Origin: Takakia lepidozioides
Lineage: Eukaryota; Plantae; Bryophyta
Assembly: GCA_030704615.1 (NCBI GenBank)
Contig: CM060734.1
Span: 46,500,001-46,564,000 of the forward strand
Direction of reading: 5' to 3'
DNA length: 64,000 bases
In this document: positions 1 through 13,247 of the stretch, one piece after another
Numbering within the stretch: position 1 is the stretch's first letter
Layout: each line of letters begins with the position of its first letter
Position numbers and translations under genes: made by a program
The notes under the pieces: model-generated
Seen by the model: only the letters and a program-made list of their open reading frames with translations
Told to the model about the DNA's origin: nothing
Databases searched by the model: none

Positions 1-191
1 CTGCAACCATGCATTGTGCACAGTTTCTGCCAAATTGCAAGATGACATGTCCGCCATTTCCTCAATGGACATGTTCTGCAAAGAGGATAACCACACTTCA
101 GAACAGTGCACAGGAAACAACATAAGAAAGCAATGAGTCAAAAATATGGAAAGCAAATGTATGAATAAAGCATGAAATAGAAGCCTCGTAC

Positions 192-2204
192 CATTGTCAT
201 GGCTGCTCCCCACTGTCTATACCGGAAGTGCCAAAACGCCAGCCAATCTTCCAATGCTCTCATACTCTCAAGTGATGCAGCTCCAGAAGAGAACCACCAG
301 GCACGAATTGTCTGGAACAAAGTGTCCGCCTCCTTCATTGTTCTAGCATCTTTGTACTCTTTGCACAATTTACGGTGCTGAGTCTGCATCTCTGGTTTGA
401 TGTCCGACTTTGTATGTTTTTCCAGAGATTGTGTCCAATGGAATAGACATGTACGCTCTCTTCCTGGCATAGGCACTTTTGGGTCGCCCGATCCGAAGAC
501 AACACGAATAGCATTGAAATTTGCTTGAGCATTATCCGCCATGAAACCTGCGAAATTTGGAGATGGCATCCCATGGCAGCCCATGACACGTATCAGGGAA
601 TTCCACATGAGCTTCTGGGATTCCGTATCCTCGGATTGCATGTCACAAACTGCAATTGTCATAACTCGTTGGTACACTGGATCGTAGACATGACAAGCCA
701 TTGTCGTCCAATCCTTCACTCGTTTCACATGATCAAACATAAGAAAACAGTTCTGCGAGTCCCCAGTCTTCTGCATCCGCTTCACGAGGCTAACCCCACT
801 GCCCTCCCCAACAGTCGACATTTTGAAAAGAAATACTTTGATGGCACCTTGACCTGGGAATACATTGTCCTGGATGTAATCGTACTTGCTCACTCGTTTC
901 AATTCCAAAATATTGTCTATGTAGCCTCTGATCCCAGAGCCCATTCTCAATGCATTGATCTGATGCCGAATGTTAGGTGAACTTAAAGTGGAGAAATGAT
1001 CCATGACCAGGTCCAATGCTGCACCGTCAAGTTTAGTCCCCACAGAATCTCCTTCACTCAAAATATGGCTTTCCAAGAAGGACTTGCTTGCGCCAAGAGC
1101 AATTGCAGATGTTGTTGCGGATGGGTTTCTCCCGAACTCCTGTTTGATCAACCTCGATACTGTCTCAACACTCTCCCTGTAATCCCCCTTCGAGACAGGA
1201 TGGTTATGGAATCCAAAATGCACACAAGCTCTCGTCATTGTATTCAAACGGTGGACAACATAGTACATTCTTGCTCCGCAGAGCGCCAAACAGGATGGCA
1301 CAAGTTTGCAGAATTTGCAGACGAAAGTGTTTGCCAGTGGAGGGGCAGTCCCAGGCTGAAATGGATTTTCCGCCAGACCCTCCCATTCGCTTTGATTATG
1401 AACCCCAGACTGAAGAAAGTGTCTGCAATTCGAATTATCACACCTAAGGTGTCCATTGCAAACTGTCCTCCTGAAAACAAGCTTGTCATCATTCTGAATA
1501 TTGGATGTTTTTGTTCTGCACCACGGGTGCCCGTCGTGTTTCTTGTCCATTCCATGCATCATGATTGTTACATCTCCAACTCGCGGAGGAGGAGGCAGCT
1601 CGAATAGGATATCGCCATCAAAAGTCTCCGGCAAGAACTTCACAGGCACCTGCTTCAAAGATTCCCAATCAATTCCCCGCAACTCACTTTTAAATCCAGC
1701 CATTCCTCCCATCGCCCGCAATTTTGGAATGACACTACAAATCTCTTCTTCATCAGCTTCTCCAATCACAGTAGGAAGGACTGGATTTGGAATTTCACTT
1801 ATGTCATCATCGGAAGAATCCGAAAGCTCAACGATTGGAGTGGAGGACGTCTGTTCTTTTTTCACCACCACCTCCCTCTTGTCTTCAACGACCGAAGCAG
1901 CAGTCCCGGGCGTCACATATGACCCAAGGGACTTTCGCCGAGGCTCTCCAAGTACTCTGTATCGACCAGGACGCACTCTCCACTGGCTGATATGAGCCGT
2001 CTCATCACGGTTTTGGAAAGAATATTTCACCAACTTCCCTTTCAGATCGTAAACCTCTTTCTCCAAAAAGATGGAGCCATTCTGCAGCTGAAAACGGGTA
2101 GCCAAAACATGTTCCAGAACAATTGCAAATCCATTGTCAAGGACTTCCTGGGAGAACGACACTGGTTTGTCGTCTGAGAAGAACTCCGCTTCAGAGGAAG
2201 CCAT
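192..2204 (-). CDS. MULE-family DDE transposase with GCM/WRKY-like Zn DNA-binding domain (first exon; continues past the window start)
   Basis: GCM-like DGHPW..RRTVCNGHLRC..CKFC..C..HFGFHNHP. MULE core FLMFD, FMADNAQANFNAIRVVFG and CLFH (CxxH). Splice donor ATG|GTACG at 191, with a CAG acceptor on the minus strand at 3-1. Confidence 0.8.
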
Positions 2205-3974
2205 CTTCCTTCCTCGAGTATGTTGTGTACCTTGCTATCGCAGATCTAGTGTAAATCGGTTTACTGCTGTCTCCAGAACACAGTTGAAGAATGAGCAGAG
2301 AATATGGCGGAGGAAGCTCAGATAACGACTGTGCATATTATGTTATTCTTTCCAGATTGCAGCCGTCCATTTTAATTACTTTTCTTGTGGGCCCAGTGGT
2401 CAGAGTATCCCTAGGGGCAGTGTCGGCAACTGTTAAACCGTTAATCAGAACCTCATAAATAAACCCAATAACAAAGCCGACTTCCTGGAAGCATGCCACA
2501 GGATCTGAGAATGGGATTGCAGATTAAGTAAATGTATCTATATACTACTACCAATGATCATGCGCACCTGGAAAGTTCCAAATGTGAAACGAATGTGGGG
2601 TTTGGCTAACAAGGATGACCGTGTATGATATTCCAAAATTTGTCATCAAACTCTCGTTCATTTATATTTATTTGTTTAAGACTGCGCATCAATTTCTGGG
2701 ATTCGCTGTTATTTTTAAATATTGAACCCGTTCTAATAAAGAACACGCCGTTTTTTTTGGGCGGCACACGTCAGACATCCATAACTGAATACGAACAGCT
2801 GTACACCAATTGCTGGCATGTGCACTAATAAGGAACGACTATGTGTAACGGTCACGCGGGAGGGAATCCGATGCTTCTAGAGACACGCAAGAACGCAGGC
2901 AATCCCGCAAGAAATCGGGAGTCACTGCGTTTTTCTACTTTTCGCGCTTAGAGGGAGAGTGGTAGTCAAGCTAGAGAGGGTTCCTTCTAGAATACGAAAG
3001 AGCAAAAAGTCTCTTTATTTTACTTCCCTTAGAGAGAGACGCAGAGCAAGAGAGCAAATGACGAGGCGTCGTAACACAGGGCCAAGGCAGCAGGTGAACG
3101 CGGAGACTGATTCACAAGAGCAGACGGAGACTGAGGCAGCGGCTGCGACACAGTCGGCGATAAGAGTGCGCCAGCCTGTGGAGGTAGAGATGATTCGCAG
3201 GGACACTGAAGAAGGTGGAAGCACGCGGAACGCCGAACCTGGAGAAGGTCAAGAAACCCTTGCGCAGACAGAAACTCCAGCAGATGTGAGAGGGAAGAGG
3301 AAAGCTGCTGAAGGGGATCACATTTCAAAACCTAAGAAGGTGCCAGTAAGTTTTATCATATAGTCTGTCTGATTGCCTTTCAAGGAGTCCTTCCTCTTTC
3401 CTTCTTTAGCAGGAATTACTGAATTGCGAGCGTCGTTAACGCCATTCGATTCTCCTCATGAGATTTATGTACCTATGTGTTTGAAGAGAGAGTCTGCACT
3501 TACTATTCTCCCTAAACTACACTGAATGTCGTTGCCGCCAATCAGTTGCACATGTATGTCATTACACAACACCGATCCGGCAGGTCGTTATCTTTTGTGA
3601 TTGTCGTTAACGCCGTTCGCTATCGCTCTCGCTTTTGTTTTGAATACGGCAGTCTCAGCTTTGCATGTGTAGATTGTGCTGAATCCTTTCACACCATTCA
3701 TGGTGAGTTTCCTTGATAGAGAGTGATGGTCGTTACCGCCATTCATTATTTGCAAATCACTCAGTCAGAACTGAATGGCATCGTGCAGAAAACTGTGAGG
3801 TCGAAGCCTACAGGATCAGAGGGGAAAGGATCTGGAGATGGGACGAGTCCGCAAAAAGCTCAGAGAATACAGATGAAGCAGATGAATCCGAAGTGCACTA
3901 CCTTGACAAGGTGAAAGAACTCATGTCATTCCAGAAGGTAAACTCTCAGGAGGTTATAAGGGACATGCTCGTAT

Positions 3975-4416
3975 CTGGAGGGCGTCTGGACATACCTCTG
4001 TGCCGGATGATATCAATGCATGTTGTGCGTCCACCTCTTTCCCATGACATAACAAAATTGGAGAGTGATTTTGTGCATGGATATAGACTTGGTGCACAAG
4101 TTTTTTATGTGTCACTGACGGATATAAATGGGAAAAGCACATTAGTGTCTCCAGAGATCAGTGATAACTGGGATGAGTGCTGGAAAGATGCCAATGAGGA
4201 GTTCGAGCTGGGCCTCATGATGGGAAAGAACACCCAGCAATTCTGCAACCACATGTTCTACGTCTGGGACGGCAACCACCGATTGCTGGCATGGATGGGA
4301 TACATTCAGAAACACCATTCGAAAGACAAAGACAAGCATGTTGATGTGGAGGCAATGGTTTTGGATCCAGGAAACGACATCGCTAGGCTTCTTACAGCTA
4401 TGCACGACGTGAACAA
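3975..4416 (+). other. ParB/Sulfiredoxin-like N-terminal domain
   Basis: LDIPLCRM..VRPP..DITKLESDF..G..VFYV...FYVWDGNHRLLAW. DGNHR at 4268-4282 matches the ParB/Srx DGxHR signature. Confidence 0.7.
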
Positions 4417-5612
4417 GTAAGTCATCCAGGAGATTTCATTCCGTCTGTAGTGTCTTGTTAATCCTCAAAAAACAGTGTTAAGGAATGCAATGTTTCCAAT
4501 GTTTTTGCAGATCGACAGAGAAATCGCATGTGACAACAAGCTTGGTTCACACACTATTCCGAATTCAGAGGATTGGTCTGATGAAGCTGGATGATTTTCG
4601 GACGGTACTACCACCCAATATCAAGAAGTGCGAAACAGGAAGAGCTGCAGGCACTTGGTATTCTTTGACACGAGAGGCGTTTCTGGAGTACATGTATGCG
4701 GTAAGCCCGAGTCTGTAATCTGTTTACTTTTCGAATACATGTTTGTAGTCCCTTCGGAGCTAATCACTACTTGAATGAATGCAGCAAGAACTGGCAGAGG
4801 CAGCTGAGAAGGGAAAATCCGAATATTACCGCACTACACCAGAAGAACTAAGGACATCAAAGGGTGTGGAAGCTGCAATAAAGAAGGAGTTTGAAATGCG
4901 AAGAACCAATTGATGTTAGCCTTCGGAAAGCAGCTTAGAATAGTAGATCCTGGACTTGGTCCTGAGTTCCTTCAGCAGATCAAAACACACTATGACAAGC
5001 ATGTGCATCCGGAGATGCAGCAGGAGAAATTGCACCGGCTGGCCATATCGATGGTCGACCCACAAACAAAAATAAGGTGGCTGGAGATATGGAACTCAGA
5101 TCAAACAGTAAAGGACTTGAATCAGTTCCCAAAGAGCACCATACAGCCTGGCACAAAGGTGGAAGGAATCAGTGATTTGGTGTTTGATAACTGGCTCCAC
5201 AAGGCTACATTTTGGAGTCAGGTGTGTATTCGAACATGATGTTTCTTCTCTTCAAGTATGTGATGTGTATCTTTTTTGCAATTCTGACAAATATACTATT
5301 TGCAGCTCGAAAAGCGCGCCGTCATTGTGCTGGATCAGACTTTGAAGGACCTGAACATTGCGATTGTTTCCCCTCCCCAAATGTCATTGGAGGCATACAT
5401 AAGGAAGTGGAGAAGTCTCACCTGGAGATACTGTTTTTTCCGGGAGTTCTCCAAAGATGGTAACATTTTACGGTCCAACGACTTTGACAGTCAGGTTGGA
5501 GGAGAGTGGGCCATGATGCGAGTTGTGTACAGGTGCAATGTCATACTTGAAACTCTACTATTTTTCTGGGAAAAAATGTGGCTTCATATGGATTGCAATC
5601 TTAGATCCAGAT

Positions 5613-6229
5613 TGAATGTCGTTGACGACATTCACTTCTTTGTCTAAGTCATTCTTAAGCGAGTATATGAATTCACCTGGTTAGGATCTAAGGGTGCAAT
5701 TATATTGTCCCTGATTAGAATGATAATGTCCTTGAATGGCGTTGACGACATTCACATACGGAGTTGTTGAGAGGTCCTCAGAGTTATTTAAATTTTTGTA
5801 ATGTCCATAGAGGTTACAGTGAGGGTTCCTCACTTCATTTTGCTGAATGTCAATGAAGACATTCAGTTGTTCTGCATTGTTTTTGCCTCTTGCGATGAAT
5901 GTGGAGGCTTGATAAGCTCTGTTTTAAGAAATCCAAAGTGAATGTCGTTGACGACTTTCACAGCTGTGTCTGTATTATTCAACAGCGACAAATTCAATTT
6001 ACATGGATTGGGGAGCTAAGTAATTGGTTTCTTTTTTGTATTTTTGTGAATGGCGTTGACGCCATTCACATACAGTGATGTTGTGAGGTCCTCAGTGATA
6101 GGTTCGTTATGAATGTGCATTGAGTTTGCCTTGAGGGTTCCTTACTCAATTTTTTGATTTCCATCCTGTGATTTTGCTTCATTTAAGTAATAATTTGGCT
6201 TCATTAGTGAATGTCGTTGACGACATTCA
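5613..6229. repeat. Intronic array of 22-bp palindromes TGAATGTCGT-TG-ACGACATTCA (six copies here, a seventh at 13284-13305)
   Basis: Copies start at 5613, 5733, 5844, 5939, 6047, 6208 and, after the LTR insertion, 13284. Start-to-start spacing is about 95-160 bp. Confidence 0.9.
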
Positions 6230-6282
6230 CTTCTATGTCTGTGTCATTTCTAAACGATAATTTGCATTCACCTGGATTAGGG

Positions 6283-7005
6283 TGTCGCGGCCCTTTGCCT
6301 TGAGGGCAGGGGGTCGGGACACATGAGGGGCTGCCCCTGTGGTGGGGGCAGCGGCAGCGATAGGTATGGGGGGCTGAAGCACCCTTGAGTGCCCAAGGCA
6401 CTCAAGGAGGCGGAGGCGCTCACTAGGTGGAGCCCCGCACACCGGGTTGCGGTGGAGGTGGCTCCACAAGGGGTGGTGGTAGCTTAGTGGGACTTAGTGG
6501 GGGTGGCATAGGACTCACCATGGGGTGGAGACCTCGAGGTAGGAGTCGTGGGGAGTCTTGGGACTCATCACGGTCCATTGGGCCGCGGTGAGTGGGCCAA
6601 GACTCACCGCGACTCACCACCGGGAGTCGAGGGTTTTCGTGGTGGTTCGCCATAAAATGGCATGGCTGGTTATGAAACCCCCGCGGACAGCTACAGAAGT
6701 ATATATAGGGAGTAGTAACCCCGAGAACGGTGCAAGCCCGTTGGTGACCAAAAACTAGTGAGTAAGCGAGCGAGCCGGAAAGCGACCAAAGAGTGGGGAG
6801 CTGTTCCGGACTGCCATCTACCAAAGGGAATTCTCCTAGTCCCAAATAGGTGGAGGGTTTAGAGGGAAGCGGAAGGGGACCGTTATGTCCCGGTGAGCAG
6901 CCGAAACTCCAAGTTGGCCCGGCGGCCAGGTTGGGAGTCAGGCGCGCGCATCAAAGCGAGTAACTATGACTTGAAGGGGAGTTTACCGAACTGAGGTGTG
7001 CGACA
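6283..7005 (+). repeat. 5' LTR of chromovirus
   Basis: Near-identical to 12525-13247; by eye one substitution and two 1-bp G-run indels. Confidence 0.95.
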
Positions 7006-7007
7006 CT

Positions 7008-7019
7008 TGGTATCAGAGC
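7008..7019 (+). promoter_or_regulatory. Primer binding site complementary to initiator tRNA-Met
   Basis: TGGTATCAGAGC begins 2 nt after the LTR end. Confidence 0.95.
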
Positions 7020-7060
7020 TTAGAGTTCAGTACGCGATCGTCCTTGGGATTGGCCTCATC

Positions 7061-8139
7061 ATGGGGTCGGGCAAGCCGAAGCGAAAGCGGAACGGCCCAA
7101 AAGATGATGATCCCGGTGAGCCCGATGGGGGCGACGTGTCACCGAGGCGGCCGTTTGAGGAAGCGATTAATGTTTCCGAAAACGAGCCGCTCAGGAGCGG
7201 GAGGAATCCGAGGAGTCGGAGCCCGAGGAATCTTTGAGAGCTCCGACAAACCAAGAGATGCCTCCCATGCCGGCAGCCTTTTGGGAAGGGTTGTTGGCGC
7301 AGTTTGGCGGGACGTTGAAAGACGTGTTGAAGGCGGCTAATGCCACTTCCACCAAGGCAAAGTTTAAGGTGAAGCCTAAGGAACCCGGCACCTTCGAGGG
7401 CGTTCGAAACCGGAAGGCACTCAACACCTGGCTCCTGGAGCTAGAGCAGTACTTCCGGGCGGCCAAGTTGAGTGACGAGGATCGGGTGGAAGTGGCTCCC
7501 ACCTATTTGAGGGGCTATGCTCAACAATGGTGGCAGAAACGCCTTCACGACCGAGGCCCAAGCCCGGAAACCTTGAACTGGAGTGAGTTCAAGGAATTGA
7601 TGAAGAGACAATTTGTGCCCCTCAACGCGTCCTGGCTTGCCCGGGACAAGATGAGGAATTTGAAGCAAACAGATGACATTCGGGGGTATGTCCAGGCTTT
7701 CAATGTGCTGTTGCTCGAAGTCGCGGACATGGCAGAACCAGAAATGGTCTTCAACTTTGTGGCGGGACTGGCCCCATGGGCTAGGCGGAAGTTGGAGGAG
7801 AAGCCACCCAAGACTTTGAACGAGGCAATTGAGAGAGCTGAATGTTTCTCGGATGTCCCTAAGGGTGAGAGACAAGGCCGTACGGAGCTGAACCACAAGA
7901 AGACCCGGCGGGAAGGTGACTCCTCCGACCGGAAAAGAAGTGGGATAGGCCACGCGGCGAAAATGGCACGTGGAAATCGAAGGGAGGTCCTTCACACGTC
8001 AAGGCGGCACCCGGTGCTTCGAAAGGAAAAGCGGGTGGAGCGACTTATGGCGGACAGAAGGCGACCTTTGATGGAGTGTGTTTCAATTGCGGGGAGCCCG
8101 GGCACATGGCCAAGAAGTGCACGAAGCCCCGGCAATTGA
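7061..8139 (+). CDS. gag: Gag of chromovirus (apparent frameshifts near 7230 and 7930)
   Basis: Retrotransposon gag motifs [31 protein letters not shown] and [14 protein letters not shown]. The zinc knuckle [14 protein letters not shown] lies in the pol frame. Confidence 0.85.
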
Positions 8140-11100
8140 ACATGACTCGGGCGACCACGGAGCTGTCGGAAGATACCATCAGTCGCTTGGTGGAAGCGGT
8201 GGTCGCCAGGACTTGCAAGGTAGGCAAATTTTCTTGTGAGTTGTATCAGGAAACTGGCGCCTTACGAAAAGGGAGTCAGTTATTGTTCGTGGATGGGATA
8301 ATATCCGGAACTAATGTGTCGTTGTTGGTGGACACAGGAGCGTCGCACTCCTTCATGACGCCGGCGGCGGCGCGAAAGTTGGGACTCCCGACAAGTGACG
8401 TGGGGGCCTCTATTGAGGTGCGCTCTGCCAAAGGAGAACCTCAGTTGGCGACAAGGTTGGCGTTTGATGTTCCTCTTCAACTGGGGAGTTGGGAGGGACG
8501 TGAGAACTTCACTATCTGCGAGATCGATGGAGTGGATCTCATTTTGGGAATGACCTTTTTGAGCAAATCCGGAGCGGTCATAGATGGCCGCAAGAGAGTA
8601 GTCACGCTGCCATGTGGGAATGGTGGCGAGGTTTTACGAGTGTCGGAAACGCCCAAATCCGTGGGAGGGCGAATAAACCTTCTATCAGCAAAGGAGTGGG
8701 CCGTGGAGGAGACACACGAGTCCCAGTTTTTGCTTTACATTAGAGAAGTGAAAGGAGAAGGCGATGGGGAGCCGAGCCCAGATTGGATCAAGGGGATTTT
8801 GGAGAAATACCAGGATGTGATGCCGGAGGATTTACCAAGCGGCTTGCCACCGCGAAGAGGAGTTGACCACAAAATTGAGGTGATACCGGGATCGGAACCG
8901 CCTGCCAAGGCGCCCTACCGGTTGAGCCACAAAGAGTTGGTCGAGCTGAAGACTCAGCTCAAAGATCTAATGTCAAAGGGGTACATCCGGCCGAGTAAGT
9001 CACCTTACGGAGCCCCGGTGCTATTTGCAGACAAGAAGGATGGGACGCTGCGGATGTGTGTCGATTACAGGGCTCTGAATAAGGTGACTATCAAAAACCG
9101 GTACCCTTTGCCAAGGATCGACGACCTCTTCGATCGGTTGGCAGGAGCGAAGTATTTCAGCCGGATCGACTTGCGCTCCGGCTATCACCAAATTCGGGTG
9201 GCGGAAGGAGATGAGGAGAAGACCGCGTGCAGGACAAGGTATGGTTCATATGAGTTCTTGGTGATGCCTTTTGGGCTCACCAATGCACCAGCGACATTTA
9301 GCACGCTGATGAACAGCCTTTTCCAGGAGTGGTTGGATGACTTTGTGATCGTGTACATCGACGACATCTTGGTGTACTCGAAAACAAAGGAGGAGCACCT
9401 GGAGCACCTCAAAAGGGTGTTCCAAAAATTGCGAGAAGGGAAGCTGTATGCCAAAGCTTCAAAGTGCGAATTCGGGGTCACAAAAGTGGAGTTCTTGGGG
9501 CACGTGATTACACAGGATGGGATCAAAATGGATGACAGAAAGGTGAGGGCGATCTTGGACTGGGAGCCTCCGACTTCGGTCCCGGGAGTGCGATCCTTCC
9601 TAGGACTCGCCTCCTATTACCGGAAGTATGTGAGAAATTTCGCCAAGATCGCGGGGCCGCTGTCGGACCTTCTGTGTAAATCCAAAGTCTGGGTATGGAA
9701 CACATTTTGTGGCCAAGCTTTTGCTGAATTGAAGCAGCGGATGACGGAAGCTCCAGTCTTAAAAATCCCGGAGTTCGATCGTCCGTTTGAGATTCATACA
9801 GATGCATCGGACTTCGCAATTGGGGGTGTACTTATGCAAGATGGACGTCCAGTGGCTTACGAAAGTAAGAAACTGAATGAAGTGGAGCGACGGTGGCCGA
9901 CGCACGAAAAAGAGATGAAGGCGGTGGTACATTGCCTTGAACTCTGGCGCCACTATGTTGGTTCCAACCCAGTGAAGGTGTTCACGGACAATGTCACGGT
10001 GAAGTATTTTGCCACGCAGCCCAAGTTGTCCCCAAAACAACTTAGGTGGCAAGATACTTTGGCAGTGTTCGACGTGGATATCCAGTACAAACCGGGACGG
10101 GACAATGTGGTGGCCGATGCTTTAAGTAGAAAGCAGCAGCTCTTGTTGGTGTACAAGGGCGAGACGGCGCTCCAAAGGAAGATCCGGAAGGCTTGCCGGA
10201 AGGATGAGCTGGCAAAGTGCGTGATGCAGAACTTGAGAATGGGGGTTAAATCGCAGTTCCACTTGCAAAACGGACTGCTCCGGTATAAGCAAAAACGTCT
10301 CTATGTGCCAAAGGGAGGGATCAGGGATAGTCTCTTGAGAGAATGCCATGATAGCCCGCTTGCGGGCCACGGTGGAGCCAAGCGCACTGCGGCACTCTTG
10401 AAGAAAGAGTATTTCTGGCCCAAACTGAGGGAGGAGGCAGAGGAGTATGTAAAGACATGCACCACATGCCAACAAAACCGGAGCGAGTATAAAAAGCAAG
10501 CGGGGCTGTTACAACCCTTGCCGATTCCAGAGGGGACTTGGGAAAGCGTCTCGATGGATTTCATGACTGCTATGCCGCTGTCAAAAGGATTCGATGCAAT
10601 CATGGTGGTGGTAGATAGGTTCAGTAAAATGGCCCATTTCATCCCCACCAAGGAGACGGCAACTGCGCAGGAGACAGGGCGACTTTACTTCGCCCACGTC
10701 TTAAAGCATCATGGAGTCCCGAAGGATATTGTCTCGGACCGCGACCCAAAGTTTACGAGTAAATTCTGGAGAGCACTTTGGAAGAAGATGGGGACGAGGC
10801 TGAAGATGAGCACCGCCTTCCGACCTACGACGGACGGCCAAACGGAAAGAGTGAATTCCGTAGTGAAGCAATTCTTGCGGAATTACGTGTCGGCAGACCA
10901 ATCAGACTGGATGGAACACTTAGACGCGGCAGAGTTCTGTTATAATAACACAGAACACTCCGCGACGGGAGTTTCCCCTTTTGTGTTGGTCTATGGAAAA
11001 GCACCTCTGGTGCCGACAAGTTGGGCCGCCCAGGACGTTGAGGAACCGGCAGTAGCGGCGGTACTGGAAGAACGCGAGCGTTTGTTGAAGCTCGCAAAGT

Positions 11101-11621
11101 ACAACATTGCCAAAGCTAGGAAACGGTATGAAAGGCAGGCGAATCGGAAGCGGAGGGAAGTGAAGTTTGAGGCAGGCACAGAGGTCTGGTTGAACATCAA
11201 GAATTTTCGACTACCTCCGGAAATGAGTCCGAAGTTCGTACCTCCGTATGCGGGTCCCTTTCGCATTCGGAGGGTTATGAATGAGGATGTGTATGAATTG
11301 GAGCTGCCAGCAAACAGCAAGGTGCACCCAGTATTCCATGTCTCCCTTTTGAAGCCTTACTTCAAAGATGAAGCACGTCCGAATCGGCAGCAAGTGTTGC
11401 GTCCGCCACCTATGCTGTTGGATCATGAAAATGAACCCGAGTACGAGGTGGAGGCAATACTTAAGTCGAGGAGGTTCAAGAACCGAGAAACGGAGTATCT
11501 CGTCAAATGGAAGGGCTATCATCTTGTGGAGGCATCTTGGGTGCGTGCCTCAGAAATGGGAAACGCATCCGAGGCAGTTGCAGCGTTCGAAGGGCGACCT
11601 CAAAAGCGGAAGAAGCGTTGA
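8076..11621 (+). CDS. pol: Pol polyprotein: zinc knuckle, protease, RT, RNase H, integrase, chromodomain
   Basis: LVDTGAS (protease), YIDDIL (RT), HTDASD (RNase H), [12 protein letters not shown] plus DDE and GPF (integrase), [18 protein letters not shown] (chromodomain). Confidence 0.96.
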   Translation: MCFNCGEPGHMAKKCTKPRQLNMTRATTELSEDTISRLVEAVVARTCKVGKFSCELYQETGALRKGSQLLFVDGIISGTNVSLLVDTGASHSFMTPAAARKLGLPTSDVGASIEVRSAKGEPQLATRLAFDVPLQLGSWEGRENFTICEIDGVDLILGMTFLSKSGAVIDGRKRVVTLPCGNGGEVLRVSETPKSVGGRINLLSAKEWAVEETHESQFLLYIREVKGEGDGEPSPDWIKGILEKYQDVMPEDLPSGLPPRRGVDHKIEVIPGSEPPAKAPYRLSHKELVELKTQLKDLMSKGYIRPSKSPYGAPVLFADKKDGTLRMCVDYRALNKVTIKNRYPLPRIDDLFDRLAGAKYFSRIDLRSGYHQIRVAEGDEEKTACRTRYGSYEFLVMPFGLTNAPATFSTLMNSLFQEWLDDFVIVYIDDILVYSKTKEEHLEHLKRVFQKLREGKLYAKASKCEFGVTKVEFLGHVITQDGIKMDDRKVRAILDWEPPTSVPGVRSFLGLASYYRKYVRNFAKIAGPLSDLLCKSKVWVWNTFCGQAFAELKQRMTEAPVLKIPEFDRPFEIHTDASDFAIGGVLMQDGRPVAYESKKLNEVERRWPTHEKEMKAVVHCLELWRHYVGSNPVKVFTDNVTVKYFATQPKLSPKQLRWQDTLAVFDVDIQYKPGRDNVVADALSRKQQLLLVYKGETALQRKIRKACRKDELAKCVMQNLRMGVKSQFHLQNGLLRYKQKRLYVPKGGIRDSLLRECHDSPLAGHGGAKRTAALLKKEYFWPKLREEAEEYVKTCTTCQQNRSEYKKQAGLLQPLPIPEGTWESVSMDFMTAMPLSKGFDAIMVVVDRFSKMAHFIPTKETATAQETGRLYFAHVLKHHGVPKDIVSDRDPKFTSKFWRALWKKMGTRLKMSTAFRPTTDGQTERVNSVVKQFLRNYVSADQSDWMEHLDAAEFCYNNTEHSATGVSPFVLVYGKAPLVPTSWAAQDVEEPAVAAVLEERERLLKLAKYNIAKARKRYERQANRKRREVKFEAGTEVWLNIKNFRLPPEMSPKFVPPYAGPFRIRRVMNEDVYELELPANSKVHPVFHVSLLKPYFKDEARPNRQQVLRPPPMLLDHENEPEYEVEAILKSRRFKNRETEYLVKWKGYHLVEASWVRASEMGNASEAVAAFEGRPQKRKKR

Positions 11622-12524
11622 TGGGGACATCAACCTTGGAGCGTGGGGGAGGAAATGCATGCTTAGCCCGGTTTAGCTAGCTCAGGAATCCGATTGCAAA
11701 AACTTGTATTGTACAAAAATTTGTGATAAAGGAAATGGGTTCCAAATATTGTGCGTCCTATTGTGTTTGGAATGGTGATGCATGGTGTGGTTGGCTGGTG
11801 TGAATGCATGCTAGCTTACAAAAGTGGGAGAGGTAAATTGGGTTAATCGTGTGTTTGCGCAGTGCCGAAATCGGGTGACTCCCATCCAAGGGGCAAGGAA
11901 ACTTGCGCCTTATTTGGGAGTTCAAGTGCTAGTGCGCACCTGGCGCGTGCGCGTACTATAACTGCGCTACCGAGGGGGTTGCCTTGTAGTGCGGGCTAAC
12001 GCGGAAGCTACGTGCTTCCGTTCACGTACTATAATCGTGTAGCCTCGGGACGAAGTCGTAGTGCGGCTTCGGCGTGTTCCCGTACCTCAGGCCAGCATTC
12101 CAAGGCGGACCCAATTGTAGTGATTGGGGCGCACGGTTGGTTCAAGGTTATCTTCCTAGTCAAAGAGGGTTCCAGGTGAACCCTTGCTCAAGGTGATGCC
12201 AAAAGCGGCATCATGAGCGATCGCAAGCAATGTTGTTGCAGTAAGGCGATTCGATCCTCGGGGAGGATCGTTCCTTGGCCTTGAAGTAGGCCAAGAAGAG
12301 TGCACTGGGAGGAGCTGGAGAGGCTCCACCCTTGGCCGGGACTTGGAGGAAGTCGGCCGAACTAGCTAGTGGAGAGTGGAGTCAAGTGTGGGGTTTGGTT
12401 CTTTGCCATGGGACGCCATGGTACGGAAACAAACTCCTTGATGTGGGACGCCACAACTTGGATGTTCGTTTCTACAAAATGGACAAGTCGATGAGGACAT
12501 CGACTCCCTGTTGGTAGGGGTGTG

Positions 12525-13247
12525 TGTCGCGGCCCTTTGCCTTGAGGGCAGGGGGTCGGGACACATGAGGGGCTGCCCCTGTGGTGGGGGCAGCGGCAGC
12601 GATAGGTATGGGGGCTGAAGCACCCTTGAGTGCCCAAGGCACTCAAGGAGGCGGAGGCGCTCACTAGGTGGAGCCCCGCACACCGGGTTGCGGTGGAGGT
12701 GGCTCCACAAGGGGTGGTGGTAGCTTAGTGGGACTTAGTGGGGGTGGCATAGGACTCACCATGGGGTGGAGACCTCGAGGTGGGAGTCGTGGGGAGTCTT
12801 GGGACTCATCACGGTCCATTGGGGCCGCGGTGAGTGGGCCAAGACTCACCGCGACTCACCACCGGGAGTCGAGGGTTTTCGTGGTGGTTCGCCATAAAAT
12901 GGCATGGCTGGTTATGAAACCCCCGCGGACAGCTACAGAAGTATATATAGGGAGTAGTAACCCCGAGAACGGTGCAAGCCCGTTGGTGACCAAAAACTAG
13001 TGAGTAAGCGAGCGAGCCGGAAAGCGACCAAAGAGTGGGGAGCTGTTCCGGACTGCCATCTACCAAAGGGAATTCTCCTAGTCCCAAATAGGTGGAGGGT
13101 TTAGAGGGAAGCGGAAGGGGACCGTTATGTCCCGGTGAGCAGCCGAAACTCCAAGTTGGCCCGGCGGCCAGGTTGGGAGTCAGGCGCGCGCATCAAAGCG
13201 AGTAACTATGACTTGAAGGGGAGTTTACCGAACTGAGGTGTGCGACA
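12525..13247 (+). repeat. 3' LTR of chromovirus
   Basis: Direct repeat of 6283-7005, preceded by G-rich TTGGTAGGGGTGTG (PPT-like). Confidence 0.95.

Larger units (their letters stand above)
6283..13247 (+). mobile_element. Full-length Ty3/gypsy chromovirus LTR retrotransposon, recent insertion
   Basis: 723-bp LTRs at 6283-7005 and 12525-13247 with TGTCGC...GCGACA ends. 5-bp TSD TAGGG at 6278-6282 and 13248-13252. PBS and gag-pol with chromodomain present. Confidence 0.97.

Noticed and set aside
5613-6229. CRISPR array
   Set aside because: The repeats are palindromic, but the spacers are long (about 75-140 bp) and resemble each other, the context is a eukaryotic intron, and there are no cas genes.
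7920-7945. Programmed gag-pol ribosomal frameshift
   Set aside because: The shift lies before the nucleocapsid knuckle with no clear slippery heptamer; a mutation or assembly indel is more likely.
6204-13087. Short ORFs in the LTRs and antisense to gag-pol
   Set aside because: Shadow frames of GC-rich sequence with no motifs.
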